From Vulcanimicrobiota bacterium (GTDB taxonomy: Bacteria; Vulcanimicrobiota; Vulcanimicrobiia; Vulcanimicrobiales; Vulcanimicrobiaceae), in NCBI GenBank assembly GCA_963812155.1, contig CAWETW010000003.1, forward strand, positions 704,001 through 768,000: DNA of 64,000 nucleotides, in the 5' to 3' direction. Below the pieces are notes generated by a model. The model was given only the letters and a program-made list of their open reading frames with translations, ran no database searches and had not been told where the DNA came from. The position numbers were made by a program, and so were the translations under genes. Shown here piece after piece: positions 1 to 10,579 of the stretch; positions within the stretch are counted from its first letter, which is position 1, and each line of letters begins with the position of its first letter.

Positions 1-356
1 TTCCCGCGCGCGCCGGTGAGCGAGAACGGCGGCGCCGCCTCATTCGTCTGCGTGAGGCGCAGCGCGCGGCTTCCGATCGCGCCCGCTCGCGACGGCTCGG
101 CAGCAGCGTCCGGGTCCTAGCCGAAGAGCACCGTGCGGTGCGCCGCTCGACGCCTGCGCGCGAACGGCTCGGCGTCACGCGCGCGTGGTTCGGCCGGACG
201 CAGGGAGAGGCACCGGGCGTGGACGGTGGCGTTTACTTCGGCGATCCATCCGGAGCAGTTCGCGCCGGCGACTTCGTCGACGTCGCGCTCGAGGGTCACG
301 ACGCGTTCGATTTCTTCGGCCGCGCGGCGTCGCGGGAACCGGTGAGCGTTGGGTAA
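1..356 (+). CDS. rimO: 3' end of ribosomal protein S12 methylthiotransferase (TRAM domain), partial
   Basis: Frame is open from base 3 to the stop at 356. C-terminal GRTQGEAPGVDGGVYF...GDFVDV...DAFDFFG matches the RimO TRAM-domain pattern. Confidence 0.8.
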   Translation, partial: PARAGERERRRRLIRLREAQRAASDRARSRRLGSSVRVLAEEHRAVRRSTPARERLGVTRAWFGRTQGEAPGVDGGVYFGDPSGAVRAGDFVDVALEGHDAFDFFGRAASREPVSVG

Positions 357-1761
357 GCATCTCGCGCCACAAGACGAGCGTACGCGTCGCGCGACGGGCA
401 CCTGGCGGCTCGTAGCGCTGGTGATTGGCCTGCTGGCGTTAGGCGTTGGTTCGGCCCTGGCCGCATACGGATTTTTCGAACACCGCAATCCGGTCGTTGC
501 GATCACGCAGATGTTCATTCCCAGCCCGCAGCAGGTTTTCGGGCGATCGAACATTCTTGTGCTGGTCGAAGGCCTCGATTACGATTACACCAACAAAGAC
601 GAAGAGTTCTCCACCAACTCGCGCAGCGACGTCATCTGGGCCGTGAACCTGGACTTTGCGAACAAGCGTATCTATCAACTGTCGATTCCGCGCGACATGA
701 TCGCCACGATGCCCAACGGCTCGCAGGCGAAGATCAACCAGGCTCAATCCGACGGCGGGGTCAAAGAAGCGAAAAGCGTCATCGCCCAATTTCTCGGCAT
801 TCCGGGATTCGACCGATACGTCATCCTGCGCATCGACGCGACCAAAGCATTCGTCAACGCCATCGGCGGCGTCGAGGTCGTCGTCAAGTCTGCGGATTGC
901 CTGAAGTACAAAACGGGCTGCACCGGCGAGGAACTCGCCTACGACGACTCGTGGGGGCACCTGCACATTCATCTTAAAGAGGGCCCGCAGCATCTCAACG
1001 GCGAGCAGGCGGTCGCGTACATGCGCTTTCGCCACGATTGGTGCAGCGATCCGTGCCGCATCATGCGCCAGCAGCAAGTGCTGCACGCTATGGCGACCAA
1101 ACTGCGCAGCGACAAGATCAACACCTTCATGCACCTCGGGAGTCTCCTGAGCGTTTTCCGGAAGTACGTGCAGACCGATTTCAGCGATCAGGAATTGCTG
1201 GCGCTCGCGGCCGGCTTCGAAGGCATGCCGGACAATGCGATCGTCAACAACCAGGTGCCCTACACGAGCGACATCAATCTTCCGTCGTACGGCGATTCGC
1301 TGGTTCCCGACGTCGAGGCGCGGACGCGGCTGGTGAGTACGATGCTGCTCGCGCCGCCGGCTCCCGAGCCCTCGCCCGATGCGCTGGCACTTGCGGCGAT
1401 CGCGCCGGCAACGCTGCGCGTCGACGTGCAAAACGGCAGCGGCATCAGCGGCGCGGCCCAACGCGTAGCCGCTTCGCTGCGGCGGGCAGGTTTCACGATC
1501 GGCGACGTGAGCAACGCACCGCGCGAGGACTACGCATCCAGCGAAATTCACGAGCACTCAACGATTGCGTTTGCGGGTGCGCGCGTGCGGGCAGCGCTTC
1601 CGCGCGCGATGCAGAAGACCGCCGTCGTACCCGACCCGTCACCACCGGCCGGATCGCCCGATCCGCAATCGAGCCCGACGACGAGCGACGTTACGGTAAT
1701 CGTCGGGACCGATCTCGCCAAAGCACCGCCGGCGCAAGCCGCGGCGCCGCCGGGACGTTGA
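349..1761 (+). CDS. LytR-CpsA-Psr (LCP) family protein with LytR C-terminal domain
   Basis: N-terminal TM helix; RSDV, SIPRD, KINQA, VNAIGGV and AYMRFRH...RQQ motifs; C-terminal VDVQNGSGISGAA and DVTVIVGTD. Confidence 0.9.
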   Translation: MGKHLAPQDERTRRATGTWRLVALVIGLLALGVGSALAAYGFFEHRNPVVAITQMFIPSPQQVFGRSNILVLVEGLDYDYTNKDEEFSTNSRSDVIWAVNLDFANKRIYQLSIPRDMIATMPNGSQAKINQAQSDGGVKEAKSVIAQFLGIPGFDRYVILRIDATKAFVNAIGGVEVVVKSADCLKYKTGCTGEELAYDDSWGHLHIHLKEGPQHLNGEQAVAYMRFRHDWCSDPCRIMRQQQVLHAMATKLRSDKINTFMHLGSLLSVFRKYVQTDFSDQELLALAAGFEGMPDNAIVNNQVPYTSDINLPSYGDSLVPDVEARTRLVSTMLLAPPAPEPSPDALALAAIAPATLRVDVQNGSGISGAAQRVAASLRRAGFTIGDVSNAPREDYASSEIHEHSTIAFAGARVRAALPRAMQKTAVVPDPSPPAGSPDPQSSPTTSDVTVIVGTDLAKAPPAQAAAPPGR

Positions 1762-1792
1762 CGGTGGCGTGCTCGGGAATGCGAGGGGTAAC

Positions 1793-2600
1793 GTGAAGAC
1801 CGCGACCGCACTGGTGTTGGCGGCCGGACTGCTGGTTGGCGGATGGCACGAGTTCGAACATCGAAGCAGCATCGCGCCCGCACTGGTCACGCCGCGCATG
1901 AACGTGCATCTCGAGTTTTCCGGCGATCTTCCGTCGCGCGCGTACCGGGTGATGCAGGAACTGCCGACCGAAGACCGCTCTAAACGGCCCGAAATTGATT
2001 GCGCTGACCTTCGACGACGGCCCGTACCCGGTATTCACGCCGATGCTGCTCGACGTCTTGCGCGACGAAGGCGTGCCGGCGACGTTCTTTCTCATCGGCC
2101 GCGACGCGCAGCAGTGGCCGGAAATTACGCGACGCATCGAATCCGACGGCAACGAAATCGCCGACCACACCTACACGCACCCGGATCTCGACAAAGAGGC
2201 GGACGCGACCGTGCGCGCCGAGATTCTGCAGGGCCGCGACGCGTTGTGGACCCTTACGCACGATCCGGGCGTGCGCACGCTGATGCGTCCGCCGCACGGG
2301 CGCTACACCGAGCGCACGCTGCAGATCGCGCAGGACTTAGGGTACTCGGTCGTGCTGTGGACCGACGATAGCGGCGACTGGCGCAGTGTGACGGCGGATC
2401 AAATCGAACGTCATATGCTCGTGCACGCCACCGCACCGGAAATCGTGCTGCTGCACAGCGGAAAACTTGCGACGATCGAAGCCATGCCCAGGGTGATCGA
2501 ACGCTTCGAGCGCGCGGGCTACCGCTTCGTGACGGTGAGCGAGCTGTTGCGCCGCGTCAGCACGACCGAACTCAACCACCCGCTGCGCCGATCGGTATAG
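1793..2600 (+). pseudogene. NodB-type polysaccharide deacetylase with apparent 1-bp frameshift near 1988
   Basis: GTG at 1793 after GAGGGG opens a signal/TM segment. Removing one C from cggcccgaaa gives RPKLIALTFDDGP. Downstream HTYTH, RPPHG and LLH motifs are intact. Could be a sequencing error. Confidence 0.8.
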
Positions 2601-2601
2601 C

Positions 2602-2757
2602 GCCATCCCGCGTCAGATCATCGACGTCGAAACCAGCCGTCCCGCCTACGTGCGCCGGCGCATCACGACATTTATCGCGGTCCTGGTGGTCGTCGTCGCC
2701 CTGGCGGCAGCCGGCTGGCTGATATGGGGCCATCATCCAGGAAACTTAGCGCACTAG
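2602..2757 (+). CDS. possible small single-pass membrane protein (start codon uncertain)
   Basis: Open frame AIPRQIIDVETSRPAYVRRRITTFIAVLVVVVALAAAGWLIWGHHPGNLAH* fills the intergenic gap; no canonical start nearby. Confidence 0.35.
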   Translation, partial: AIPRQIIDVETSRPAYVRRRITTFIAVLVVVVALAAAGWLIWGHHPGNLAH

Positions 2758-2804
2758 GGGAACCTGGGACCGGTTCCGGTCGTGCGCATATCCAAGGAGA
2801 GAAA

Positions 2805-3956
2805 ATGCTTCCCAGGCTGACCATAGGTTTCATCGTGCTGGCCGCGGCGATCGCGATTGCCGCGTGCAGTTCGTATGGCAGCGCCATCGTCAACGTCGGA
2901 CCGAACTTTCCGGCGATGACGCTCTATGCGGCCAACAGCAATCAAAACGCGATCGGCATTTACAATAAAGGTCAGAAGAGCGGAACGGGACCCGCGTTCG
3001 AGATCGGCGGTTCGAGCACCACGCTCAACGGACCGCAATATCTCGCGTTCGATACGGCGCACAACCTCTGGGTCACGAACTTCAATTCGTCGACGAACCA
3101 GGCGCTCCTCATTGAATTCGAGGCGCTGGCGACGGGCAGCGTCCTTCCGTTGCAGTCGGTCGCACTCGCCGGGCGGTTGCGCGGAATCGCGATTTCATCC
3201 AAAGCGGCGTCGAAGAACGCCGCGTTGATGATCATCGCCGACGTCATTCCGACGGCTACGTATCCCAGTCAAATCTTGCTCTTTTCAGCGGGAAGCACGT
3301 CGCCGTTTCAAGAGATCGCCGGTCCGAAGCCGGGGCTGCGCGTGCCCGGCGGCGTCGCGCTCGACAGCGAGAATAATATTTACGTGACCAACCTTCAAGG
3401 GCGTTCGGTCGCGGAGTTCATTCTGCCGACACCCTCGCCGACGCCGAGCGGCTCGCCGACGCCGACGCCCAAGCCCACCCCGACTCCGACCGGCTCGCCG
3501 TCGTCGTCGCCAACCCCGTCGCCGACTCCCACGCCGGTGAATATCCGCCCGAGGTTCACGATCATTGGTCCGAACACGGGCGTCGTGACGCCGGCGGGCG
3601 TCGATGTCGACAGTAACGGCAACATCTACGTCGCCGAGCAAGGCCAGCTGGGCAAACCCCATTCGGCTGCCGTATTGGTCTTCGCGAAGCCGTCGGCGAA
3701 GAACCCCGGGACGATCCTCAACGTGAAACCGATTCGCAAGATTCAGGGTCCCAACACGTTGCTGACGACGCCGACCGATGTGAAGGTTGATTCGAGCACG
3801 GGATTGATTTACGTGGCCGACTCCAGGACGATTTTGGTGTTTAAGATCGACGCGAGCGGCAACGTTGCGCCGTTTGCGACGTATACGTCTCCGGGCGCGC
3901 TGACTGGACTCGGCCTGGTTCCAGGGCCGGCGCCGTCGACGAGTGCGTCGCCTTAA
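2805..3956 (+). CDS. secreted lipoprotein, NHL/beta-propeller-like repeats with Pro-Thr-Ser insertion
   Basis: RBS AAGGAG; lipobox IAAC; repeats such as PQYLAFD..NLWVTN and PGGVALD..NIYVTN; (PT)n tract. Confidence 0.75.
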   Translation: MLPRLTIGFIVLAAAIAIAACSSYGSAIVNVGPNFPAMTLYAANSNQNAIGIYNKGQKSGTGPAFEIGGSSTTLNGPQYLAFDTAHNLWVTNFNSSTNQALLIEFEALATGSVLPLQSVALAGRLRGIAISSKAASKNAALMIIADVIPTATYPSQILLFSAGSTSPFQEIAGPKPGLRVPGGVALDSENNIYVTNLQGRSVAEFILPTPSPTPSGSPTPTPKPTPTPTGSPSSSPTPSPTPTPVNIRPRFTIIGPNTGVVTPAGVDVDSNGNIYVAEQGQLGKPHSAAVLVFAKPSAKNPGTILNVKPIRKIQGPNTLLTTPTDVKVDSSTGLIYVADSRTILVFKIDASGNVAPFATYTSPGALTGLGLVPGPAPSTSASP

Positions 3957-3974
3957 ACCCCGTTAGGGAACCCA

Positions 3975-6623
3975 ATGTCGTTTATCAAAGCAATTTTCGA
4001 CGGAAACGAACGTGAAGTAGCGCGGCTGCGGCGAACCGCCACGGCCGTCAACACGTTCGAGTCGAACATGGCCGCGCTCTCCGACGAGCAGCTGCGCGCC
4101 AAAACACAAGAGTTTCGCGATCGCCTCGCGGCCGATGAAGATCTCGACGCGATGTTGCCCGAGGTGTTTGCCGTCGTGCGTGAGGCCGGCAAGCGTACGC
4201 TCGGCATGCGCCACTTCGACGTTCAGATCATGGGCGGACAGGTGCTCTACGAGGGGCGCATTGCCGAGATGAAGACCGGCGAAGGCAAGACGCTCGTTGC
4301 GACGCTGCCCGTCTACGCGCGTGCACTCGAAGGACGCGGCGTGACGGTCGTCACCGTGAACGACTACCTCGCGCGGCGCGATGCCGAATGGATGGGACCG
4401 CTCTACGAATCGTTGGGGCTGACCATCGGTGTGATTCAACACGGTCTCGACTCCGCGCAGCGCCGCGCCGCCTACAACTGCGACGTCACCTACGTCACGA
4501 ACAACGAAGTCGGCTTCGACTATCTGCGCGACAACATGGCGTGGCAAGTGGAAGACCTCGTGCAGCGCGAGCTGTACTTTGCGCTGGTCGACGAGGTCGA
4601 CTCGATTTTGGTCGACGAAGCGCGAACGCCGCTGATTATCAGCGGGCCGTCGCAAGAGTCGGGCGAGCTGTACGACAAGTTCGCGCAGATCTTGCCGCGG
4701 CTGAAGAAGGACGAAGATTATACCGTCGATCAGAAGGCGCACGCCGTGCCGATTATGGAAGCCGGCGTCGCCAAGGTCGAGAAAATGCTCGGCGTCACCA
4801 ATCTGTACGACCAGCGCAACATCGAACTGGCGCATCAACTCAACGCCGCACTGAAGGCGTGGAACCTGTTCCATCGCGACCAGCAGTATATCGTCAAGGA
4901 CGGTGAAGTGATCATCGTCGACGAGTTCACCGGCCGCTTGATGTACGGCCGGCGCTACTCCGACGGCATTCATCAGGCGATCGAGGCGAAGGAAGGCATC
5001 AAAGTTCGCGGCGAGGATCAGACGCTGGCGACGATCACCTTCCAGAACCTTTTCCGCCTCTACGAACACCTGGCCGGTATGACGGGCACGGCAAAGACGG
5101 AGGAGCGCGAGTTCCGCGACATTTACGGATTGGACGTTGTCGTCGTGCCCACGAACATGCCGATGATTCGCAAAGATAGCTCCGACATCGTCTACAAGTC
5201 GGAAAAAGCAAAGTTCGACGCCGTCGTCAACGAGATCATCGCCGAACATCATAAGGGGCGTCCGGTGCTGGTCGGCACGCGCTCGATCGAAAAGAGCGAG
5301 CTGCTGGCGGCGATGTTGCGCCGGCAAGGCGTCGAGTGCAACGTGCTCAACGCGAAATACCACGAGCAAGAAGCCGAGATCATCAAAGACGCCGGGCAAG
5401 AAAGCCAGGTGACGATCGCCACCAACATGGCGGGCCGCGGCACCGACATCAAACTCGGCGCGACCGTGCCGGGCAACGGCGGCTTGCACATTATTGGAAC
5501 GGAACGCCACGAATCGCGGCGGATCGACAACCAGTTACGTGGACGCTCGGGCCGCCAAGGAGACCCCGGATCGTCGCGGTTCTACATCTCGCTGGAAGAT
5601 GAGGTCATGCGCCTGTTCGGCGGCGAGCGCATGACGTCGATCATGGACCGGGTCGGGTTCACCGACGAACAGCCAATCGAATCCGGTTTGGTCACGAAGT
5701 CGATCGAGCGCGCGCAGAGTAAGGTCGAAAATCACAACTACGAGATTCGCAAGCACGTACTCGAGTACGACGACGTGATGAACAAGCAGCGTACGGTGAT
5801 TTACGGCGACCGGCGCGCAATTTTGGAAGGCAAGTTCGACTCGCGGACGTTCATGCTGCAGACGCTCGCGGCAAAAGTCGACGAGGCGGTCGAGCAAAAT
5901 GCGCCCGAGAACGTGCACCCGAGCGAGTGGGATCCCGCCGAGATGCTCGAGCAGCTCGACCTAATTTTTCCGATCAAACGAGATATGTCGGCAACGGATC
6001 TGGAGCAGAAGGATCGCGAGGAGATTCGGCGCGTCCTCCAGGCCAAAGCCAGGGCGGCGTACGAGGCGAAGGAGGCGGAGGTTACGCCCGACATACTGCG
6101 GATGGTCGAGCAGCGCTATTTGCTGCTGCCGATCATCGACCGCCAGTGGGTCGATCACTTGTACGTGATGGACCATCTGAAAACGGGCATCGGCTTACGC
6201 GGTTACGGGCAGAAAGATCCGCGCGTCGAATATGAAAAAGAAGCCTTCGAAATTTTCGAATCGCTGAAGAACAACATTGCGGATGAGGCGATCAAGGGCG
6301 TGTTCCGCGTCGTGATCGAGCAAGGTCCGCCGCCATCCGAACTCGTGCCATACCAAACGGGACCGCAGTTCCAGCAGATCCCGTCGGGCGAACTGATTCC
6401 GCAGCCGGCGCAAACGCAGGGGCGGCTCGGTCCACAGGAAGTCGAGCAGCTTCTCGGGCCGATGCCGGGTACGGATCGGCGTACGCAGCAGTTGCACACG
6501 AATAAAGATGATGAATCGGGTGCGAAGCCCGTTCAACGCGACGCACCCAAAGTCGGACGCAACGAAATGTGCCCCTGCGGCAGCGGTAAGAAGTATAAAA
6601 AATGCCACGGCACCGCAGCATAG
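3975..6623 (+). CDS. secA: preprotein translocase ATPase SecA
   Basis: [27 protein letters not shown] and [12 protein letters not shown] motifs; C-terminal [23 protein letters not shown]. Confidence 0.99.
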   Translation: MSFIKAIFDGNEREVARLRRTATAVNTFESNMAALSDEQLRAKTQEFRDRLAADEDLDAMLPEVFAVVREAGKRTLGMRHFDVQIMGGQVLYEGRIAEMKTGEGKTLVATLPVYARALEGRGVTVVTVNDYLARRDAEWMGPLYESLGLTIGVIQHGLDSAQRRAAYNCDVTYVTNNEVGFDYLRDNMAWQVEDLVQRELYFALVDEVDSILVDEARTPLIISGPSQESGELYDKFAQILPRLKKDEDYTVDQKAHAVPIMEAGVAKVEKMLGVTNLYDQRNIELAHQLNAALKAWNLFHRDQQYIVKDGEVIIVDEFTGRLMYGRRYSDGIHQAIEAKEGIKVRGEDQTLATITFQNLFRLYEHLAGMTGTAKTEEREFRDIYGLDVVVVPTNMPMIRKDSSDIVYKSEKAKFDAVVNEIIAEHHKGRPVLVGTRSIEKSELLAAMLRRQGVECNVLNAKYHEQEAEIIKDAGQESQVTIATNMAGRGTDIKLGATVPGNGGLHIIGTERHESRRIDNQLRGRSGRQGDPGSSRFYISLEDEVMRLFGGERMTSIMDRVGFTDEQPIESGLVTKSIERAQSKVENHNYEIRKHVLEYDDVMNKQRTVIYGDRRAILEGKFDSRTFMLQTLAAKVDEAVEQNAPENVHPSEWDPAEMLEQLDLIFPIKRDMSATDLEQKDREEIRRVLQAKARAAYEAKEAEVTPDILRMVEQRYLLLPIIDRQWVDHLYVMDHLKTGIGLRGYGQKDPRVEYEKEAFEIFESLKNNIADEAIKGVFRVVIEQGPPPSELVPYQTGPQFQQIPSGELIPQPAQTQGRLGPQEVEQLLGPMPGTDRRTQQLHTNKDDESGAKPVQRDAPKVGRNEMCPCGSGKKYKKCHGTAA

Positions 6624-6690
6624 TGGGCATAGAGGTTAAGGGGTCAATTGCGGGCCCCCACACGACAAGCGCCGCGATCCGGGCTCGGGG

Positions 6691-6829
6691 CGAAAACCCT
6701 TATAGAATAAGGGTTTTTCCGCATATCGCGCGATCGGCCGGCCTCGCGCGCGGCTCGTGCAAAGTTTGCAATTGCGTTTGCAAAACTCGCGAAGTGTCGA
6801 AAACGATATATGGTATAAGGGTTTTTCGC
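6691..6829. repeat. two related palindromic direct repeats flanking a TGCAAA-rich palindrome cluster
   Basis: cgAAAACCCTTA-tagaa-TAAGGGTTTTtcc (6691-6720) and cgaaaac-gatatatggt-ATAAGGGTTTTTCgc (6798-6829), with tgcaaagtttgcaattgcgtttgcaaaa between them. Confidence 0.7.
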
Positions 6830-6959
6830 TATGCCGTCCGATGCATGGTCGTGCCGATGCATCGAGGTGTGCAGGGCCATGTTCGGAGGCGAGGCGCTCG
6901 CGTCTGCAATGGCGCCGCGATCGGTGGCGTGGCTGCGGGGTGGCCTGTCCTAGACAAGT

Positions 6960-8072
6960 TTAGCGGCTGACTTGTAGGATAGAAAACGGCCAGCTTAGAC
7001 CGAACCACAAGGTTTCCGCGGCGTCGATCCCGACCGACTGGGATATGAAAGCACTGAAAGGCATCACGATTGACGTGACGCGCACGTGCCCTAGGTACTG
7101 CTCGCACCTGAGACGACGGGGACGTGCCTTCGGAAGCGAATTGTACGATCCGAATCCGCAAAGCCACACGGAGCCATCCGGGGCCGAGCCTGCTGCGTCT
7201 ACAGCGACCGTGAACGGCATGTCGTGGAACTGCCGTCGGCCATCCATGTAACCGACATCTCTGAGTTCCCCCAGCTTCCAGCCGCCGCCTGATAATGCGT
7301 ACCACAGTCGGTTCGAACGGTCGCAAGTTACCACCGTAGAATCCGTTTGAGCGAATATAGAGAATTTACTAATAAGAGATACACGCAAGTTTGGCATCGT
7401 CACAGCGTAGAGTCCGCTGAGCCCGTAACGGGCGTTGCCTGTACCTCCGTAACTATTCGGAATGATGTCAACGAAAAAGTACATGGTGTCGCCGCAGAGC
7501 GTGAGGTGCGCAGGGGTGCTCGTATCGAAGTCAAATCGGCGGCGTTCGATCACAGTTCCCGCCGGAGTGCGCACGCCGAGCGACGAGCGCCCATCGTCGA
7601 TGAACCATAGGTTTCCGCGAGCGTCGAATGCCAGGTCGCCGATGTCTGGAGACTCTGCGCGCTGAATGAGAACCTCAGTGCGCATCTTGCCCTCGTCGCT
7701 GATAGTACCAATGCGTCCGCTTTGTCCCAAGGAGAACCAAACTCGCCCGCGCTGATCGCGCGTAATCAACCGGATCTCCCCGGCCTGTTCCGGAATTGAA
7801 AAGGAGCGCATCATGCCATTCGCGTTGATATGCTCAACCGTCTGCCTTTGAGCGAACCAGACCCCTCCGTGACCATCTGGCGTGATATCGAGGATGTCGC
7901 CATAACCATGTGGCGTGTAGTTAGTCGCCCATCGCTGCGCCGTTGGCCAATACTTGGGTACCGCGCTGTGCCCACCGGGAGGCGGATAATCAGCCAATCC
8001 CGCTGTCGTAGTGACGGCGATCGCGAACAGCAGTGCACCGCCGAATCGCAGGAGAGTCAGAACCTTTGGCAT
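6960..8072 (-). CDS. secreted Vgb (virginiamycin B lyase)-like beta-propeller protein
   Basis: Signal peptide MPKVLTLL...; repeats DITPDGHGGVWF, ITRDQRGRVWF and LAFDARGNLWF. Confidence 0.7.
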   Translation of the reverse strand: MPKVLTLLRFGGALLFAIAVTTTAGLADYPPPGGHSAVPKYWPTAQRWATNYTPHGYGDILDITPDGHGGVWFAQRQTVEHINANGMMRSFSIPEQAGEIRLITRDQRGRVWFSLGQSGRIGTISDEGKMRTEVLIQRAESPDIGDLAFDARGNLWFIDDGRSSLGVRTPAGTVIERRRFDFDTSTPAHLTLCGDTMYFFVDIIPNSYGGTGNARYGLSGLYAVTMPNLRVSLISKFSIFAQTDSTVVTCDRSNRLWYALSGGGWKLGELRDVGYMDGRRQFHDMPFTVAVDAAGSAPDGSVWLCGFGSYNSLPKARPRRLRCEQYLGHVRVTSIVMPFSAFISQSVGIDAAETLWFGLSWPFSILQVSR

Positions 8073-8151
8073 TCTTAATTCACTCTTCGAAGTGTAGCAC
8101 CCGAAGCTCCGTGCCCGGTTAAGGGGTCCTCTCAACGGTAAGAGGGCAGCT

Positions 8152-8258
8152 GGAGGTGGCGGCGGTGGCTCGGGATTTGCCGAACCGAGCGTGACTTACG
8201 TCAGTAATATTTTAGGCGGCGGCGGTACCGGCCCAAGTAGATCGTCATTTCCTGGTAG
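8152..8258 (+). pseudogene. C-terminal remnant of a glycine-rich secreted protein
   Basis: Translates GGGGGGSGFAEPSVTYVSNILGGGGTG, then after a frameshift IVISW*, the typical tail of glycine-rich domain proteins; no N-terminus present. Confidence 0.45.
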
Positions 8259-8272
8259 ACGTTTACAAAACG

Positions 8273-8455
8273 TTAGCAGAGCAACTCCCGTTCTCTGATA
8301 AATGCGAAAAATGTATCCCAACGCCTCGGATGCGGGACGGTTGTTCCGGCGCGAATCCGCGAGCAGGCCGCGAGCGACAGTTCCGTAGCCTTTGTGATCT
8401 CTGCGCTTGGGGACGCCCGAGGATCCTCACAACTAGCGCCGTTCAAAGAACGCTT
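8273..8455 (-). pseudogene. HTH-tail remnant resembling the C-terminus of stand-alone (casposon-like) Cas1
   Basis: SAEITKATELSLAACSRIRAGTTVPHPRRWDTF, preceded by frameshifted AFFERR..GVP. Resembles the xATGLSxxxCSxIRxGxxVPHPRHW tail, recalled from memory and not searched. Confidence 0.5.
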
Positions 8456-9065
8456 TGATCCTTCGGCGAGACTTCTCAACGTCAATGGCTCGCTCTATGG
8501 AACGACAGCTCAGGGAGGCGCAAATTACGGCGGTACGGTTTTCAGCATCGCGCCGGATGGCACCGAAAAAGTGCTGCACAGTTTTGACTATAACTACTCC
8601 TTTCCGCAAACCGGCGGCTCCATACCCAAAGCGGGCCTGACCAACGTCAAAGGCACGCTCTACGGTACGACTGCTACAGGTGGCGCGAACGACTGCGGCG
8701 GCGACGATTTTTGCGGCACGGTATTTAGCATTACGACAAGCGGCATGTTCAAAGTAATGTATAGTTTCGGCACAGGATCGGGCGACGGCAGTTTCCCTCA
8801 AGCAGCGTTGCTGAATGTCGATGGTACGCTCTACGGCACCACCTACGCCGGAGGTGGCAGCAAGTGCTACATCCTCATCACTACTTCCGGCGTGGAAACC
8901 GTTCTCTACAGGTTCAAAGGCGGGACAGATGGTGCTCACCCCGGAGCGAGTTTGACCGAAGTGAGCGGTGTACTTTACGGCAGCACTGAGTGGGGTGGCG
9001 AGGGTGCGTGCACAGCCCCCTACGGTTACACTGGGTGTGGTACCATTTTCAAAGTGACGCCGTGA
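8455..9065 (+). pseudogene. N-terminally truncated TIGR03803 (Gloeo_Verruco) repeat protein
   Basis: Repeats LxNVxGTLYGTT...GTVFSIT...EKVLHSF; no signal peptide or plausible start; third repeat is shortened. Confidence 0.7.
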
Positions 9066-9334
9066 TGCCGCGCGAGCGCACAATCGGGTAACAAACACGC
9101 TCGGCTCACGTTTCGTCGCGTCAGCGAAGAATGCAACGCGCCCTAGGGGCCGAACCTTTCCTCATAATTACTGGACATGATGCACGTGGTAATGATGCAA
9201 TCGCATTCCGATTTCGCACTTTCCCGAATGGATCGATGCTAACGATGGTCTCCATAAGAGGATTGGGTCCTTTAGCGGCGTTGAACCGATTATTGGCGCT
9301 GATCACGCCCGGCCGCACGACGGTCGACAGGACG

Positions 9335-10579
9335 CTATGGGAAGATCGAAGCGAAGGTCGGACACTGCGGCAGCATTGAAGGGGATGTCGTCTTGGCGCG
9401 GTTCTTCAGCCAGCAGTTACCGCGTCCGTTCGCGGACCATGCTAAGTCGATGCCGTTGTAAAGCGCCGTATTTCGCTCGGTGCGATTGTGGTGCGGAAGC
9501 GGATTGAATCCGAGACTGCCGCACTGGCTCTGCGGAATCTGGAACGCCGTACAAACGTCGGTAACGGCAATACCGTAGGTCGTATTGCCGGTTACGCGAT
9601 TGCCAGTCGTCAGGTTATCGCTCCCGCCCGCGACTGCAATTCCGACTCCCGGCGGCACCAGACAGACGGGATCGTTCGGCACCGAGCATTTGTTGGGCCG
9701 ATTATTGTCGCGCACGAGGTTGTCGCTGACGACATTGTTGCGGCTTCTCAGCAGCGGGTCGCCGGGAATGATGAACTCTAGGATTCCAGCCGTGTTGTGA
9801 AAGGCGGTATTATGGTCGAGCTGCGAGTTGATCGTGTTTTCAAGCTCCAGGCCGGACACGTTATCATACGCAAGATTGTGGTCCGCACGCACGTCATGCG
9901 ACAAACCAACATAGATCCCGGTGTCCGTCGCCCCCGACGCAATATTGTCGTGTGCGCGGCCCTTTCCGGAGAAGACGGGATACAGGCCGTACAGCTCGTT
10001 GTTCTGCGTCGTATTGTATGCGAGTTCCCAATCGTCGACGCAGCTCAACACGATTCCGGAGCCTTTGAACCCTTTGATGACGAATCCAATGACTCGGCTA
10101 CCCTTAGTGTGATAGTCTGCGCCATGCTCGCACTGATAGGTTTTCCCAACTCCGATGCCATTCGTCAGTCCCGTTGGGTTATCGAGGACGACTGGCTGAG
10201 TCCCGCGGCGAGCCAAGAGGGAAATAGCGTCCTTGCTTACACTCACCGCGCAGGTTTGACTCGTATTAAACGGACAAGGACTGCCCGCTTCACGATATGT
10301 CCCGGGCTCTACTATGATGGTATCGCCCGGCCTCGCGAAGTCGACCGCTGCTTGTATCGACTGCCCAGGTCTCACTACGATGGGGCGCTTGTGCAGTGAC
10401 GACGAAGAGGCGTTCTGTGCCTCACGCCCGTCCCCGACCCGGGTTTGCAGAGTCGGTGTTTGCGGAATATTTGCTGTCGCCGACCCGCCCGCCGTCGAAG
10501 CGCCGCCGCAGGCCGAAAGAGCGAACACAGTCGCTGCTCCCGCAAGAGCTTGCCATGGGTCCGCGATTATGATTCGCAT
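9335..10579 (-). CDS. lipoprotein with right-handed parallel beta-helix (NosD/pectin lyase-like)
   Basis: Lipobox LSAC; VRPGQSIQAAVD..PGDTIIVEPGTY; repeated N-x-x-x-x-N-x-x-G-I units. Confidence 0.8.
   Translation of the reverse strand: MRIIIADPWQALAGAATVFALSACGGASTAGGSATANIPQTPTLQTRVGDGREAQNASSSSLHKRPIVVRPGQSIQAAVDFARPGDTIIVEPGTYREAGSPCPFNTSQTCAVSVSKDAISLLARRGTQPVVLDNPTGLTNGIGVGKTYQCEHGADYHTKGSRVIGFVIKGFKGSGIVLSCVDDWELAYNTTQNNELYGLYPVFSGKGRAHDNIASGATDTGIYVGLSHDVRADHNLAYDNVSGLELENTINSQLDHNTAFHNTAGILEFIIPGDPLLRSRNNVVSDNLVRDNNRPNKCSVPNDPVCLVPPGVGIAVAGGSDNLTTGNRVTGNTTYGIAVTDVCTAFQIPQSQCGSLGFNPLPHHNRTERNTALYNGIDLAWSANGRGNCWLKNRAKTTSPSMLPQCPTFASIFP

Noticed and set aside
3425..3535. Tandem DNA repeat or contingency locus
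   Set aside because: Degenerate codons of a Pro-Thr-Ser linker; the same applies at 57240-57310.
3963..5510. Long antisense ORFs (also opposite prfB, glyQS, ppdK, the HD gene and dnaG)
   Set aside because: Shadow ORFs caused by high-GC codon bias opposite well-supported genes.
6624..6960. CRISPR array next to the leader-like palindromes
   Set aside because: No regularly spaced repeats with unique spacers here or elsewhere in the window.
6634..8128. 12-bp direct repeat GGTTAAGGGGTC at 6634-6645 and 8117-8128 as a target-site duplication
   Set aside because: A single 12-mer match within about 2 kb can arise by chance, and there are no matching terminal inverted repeats.
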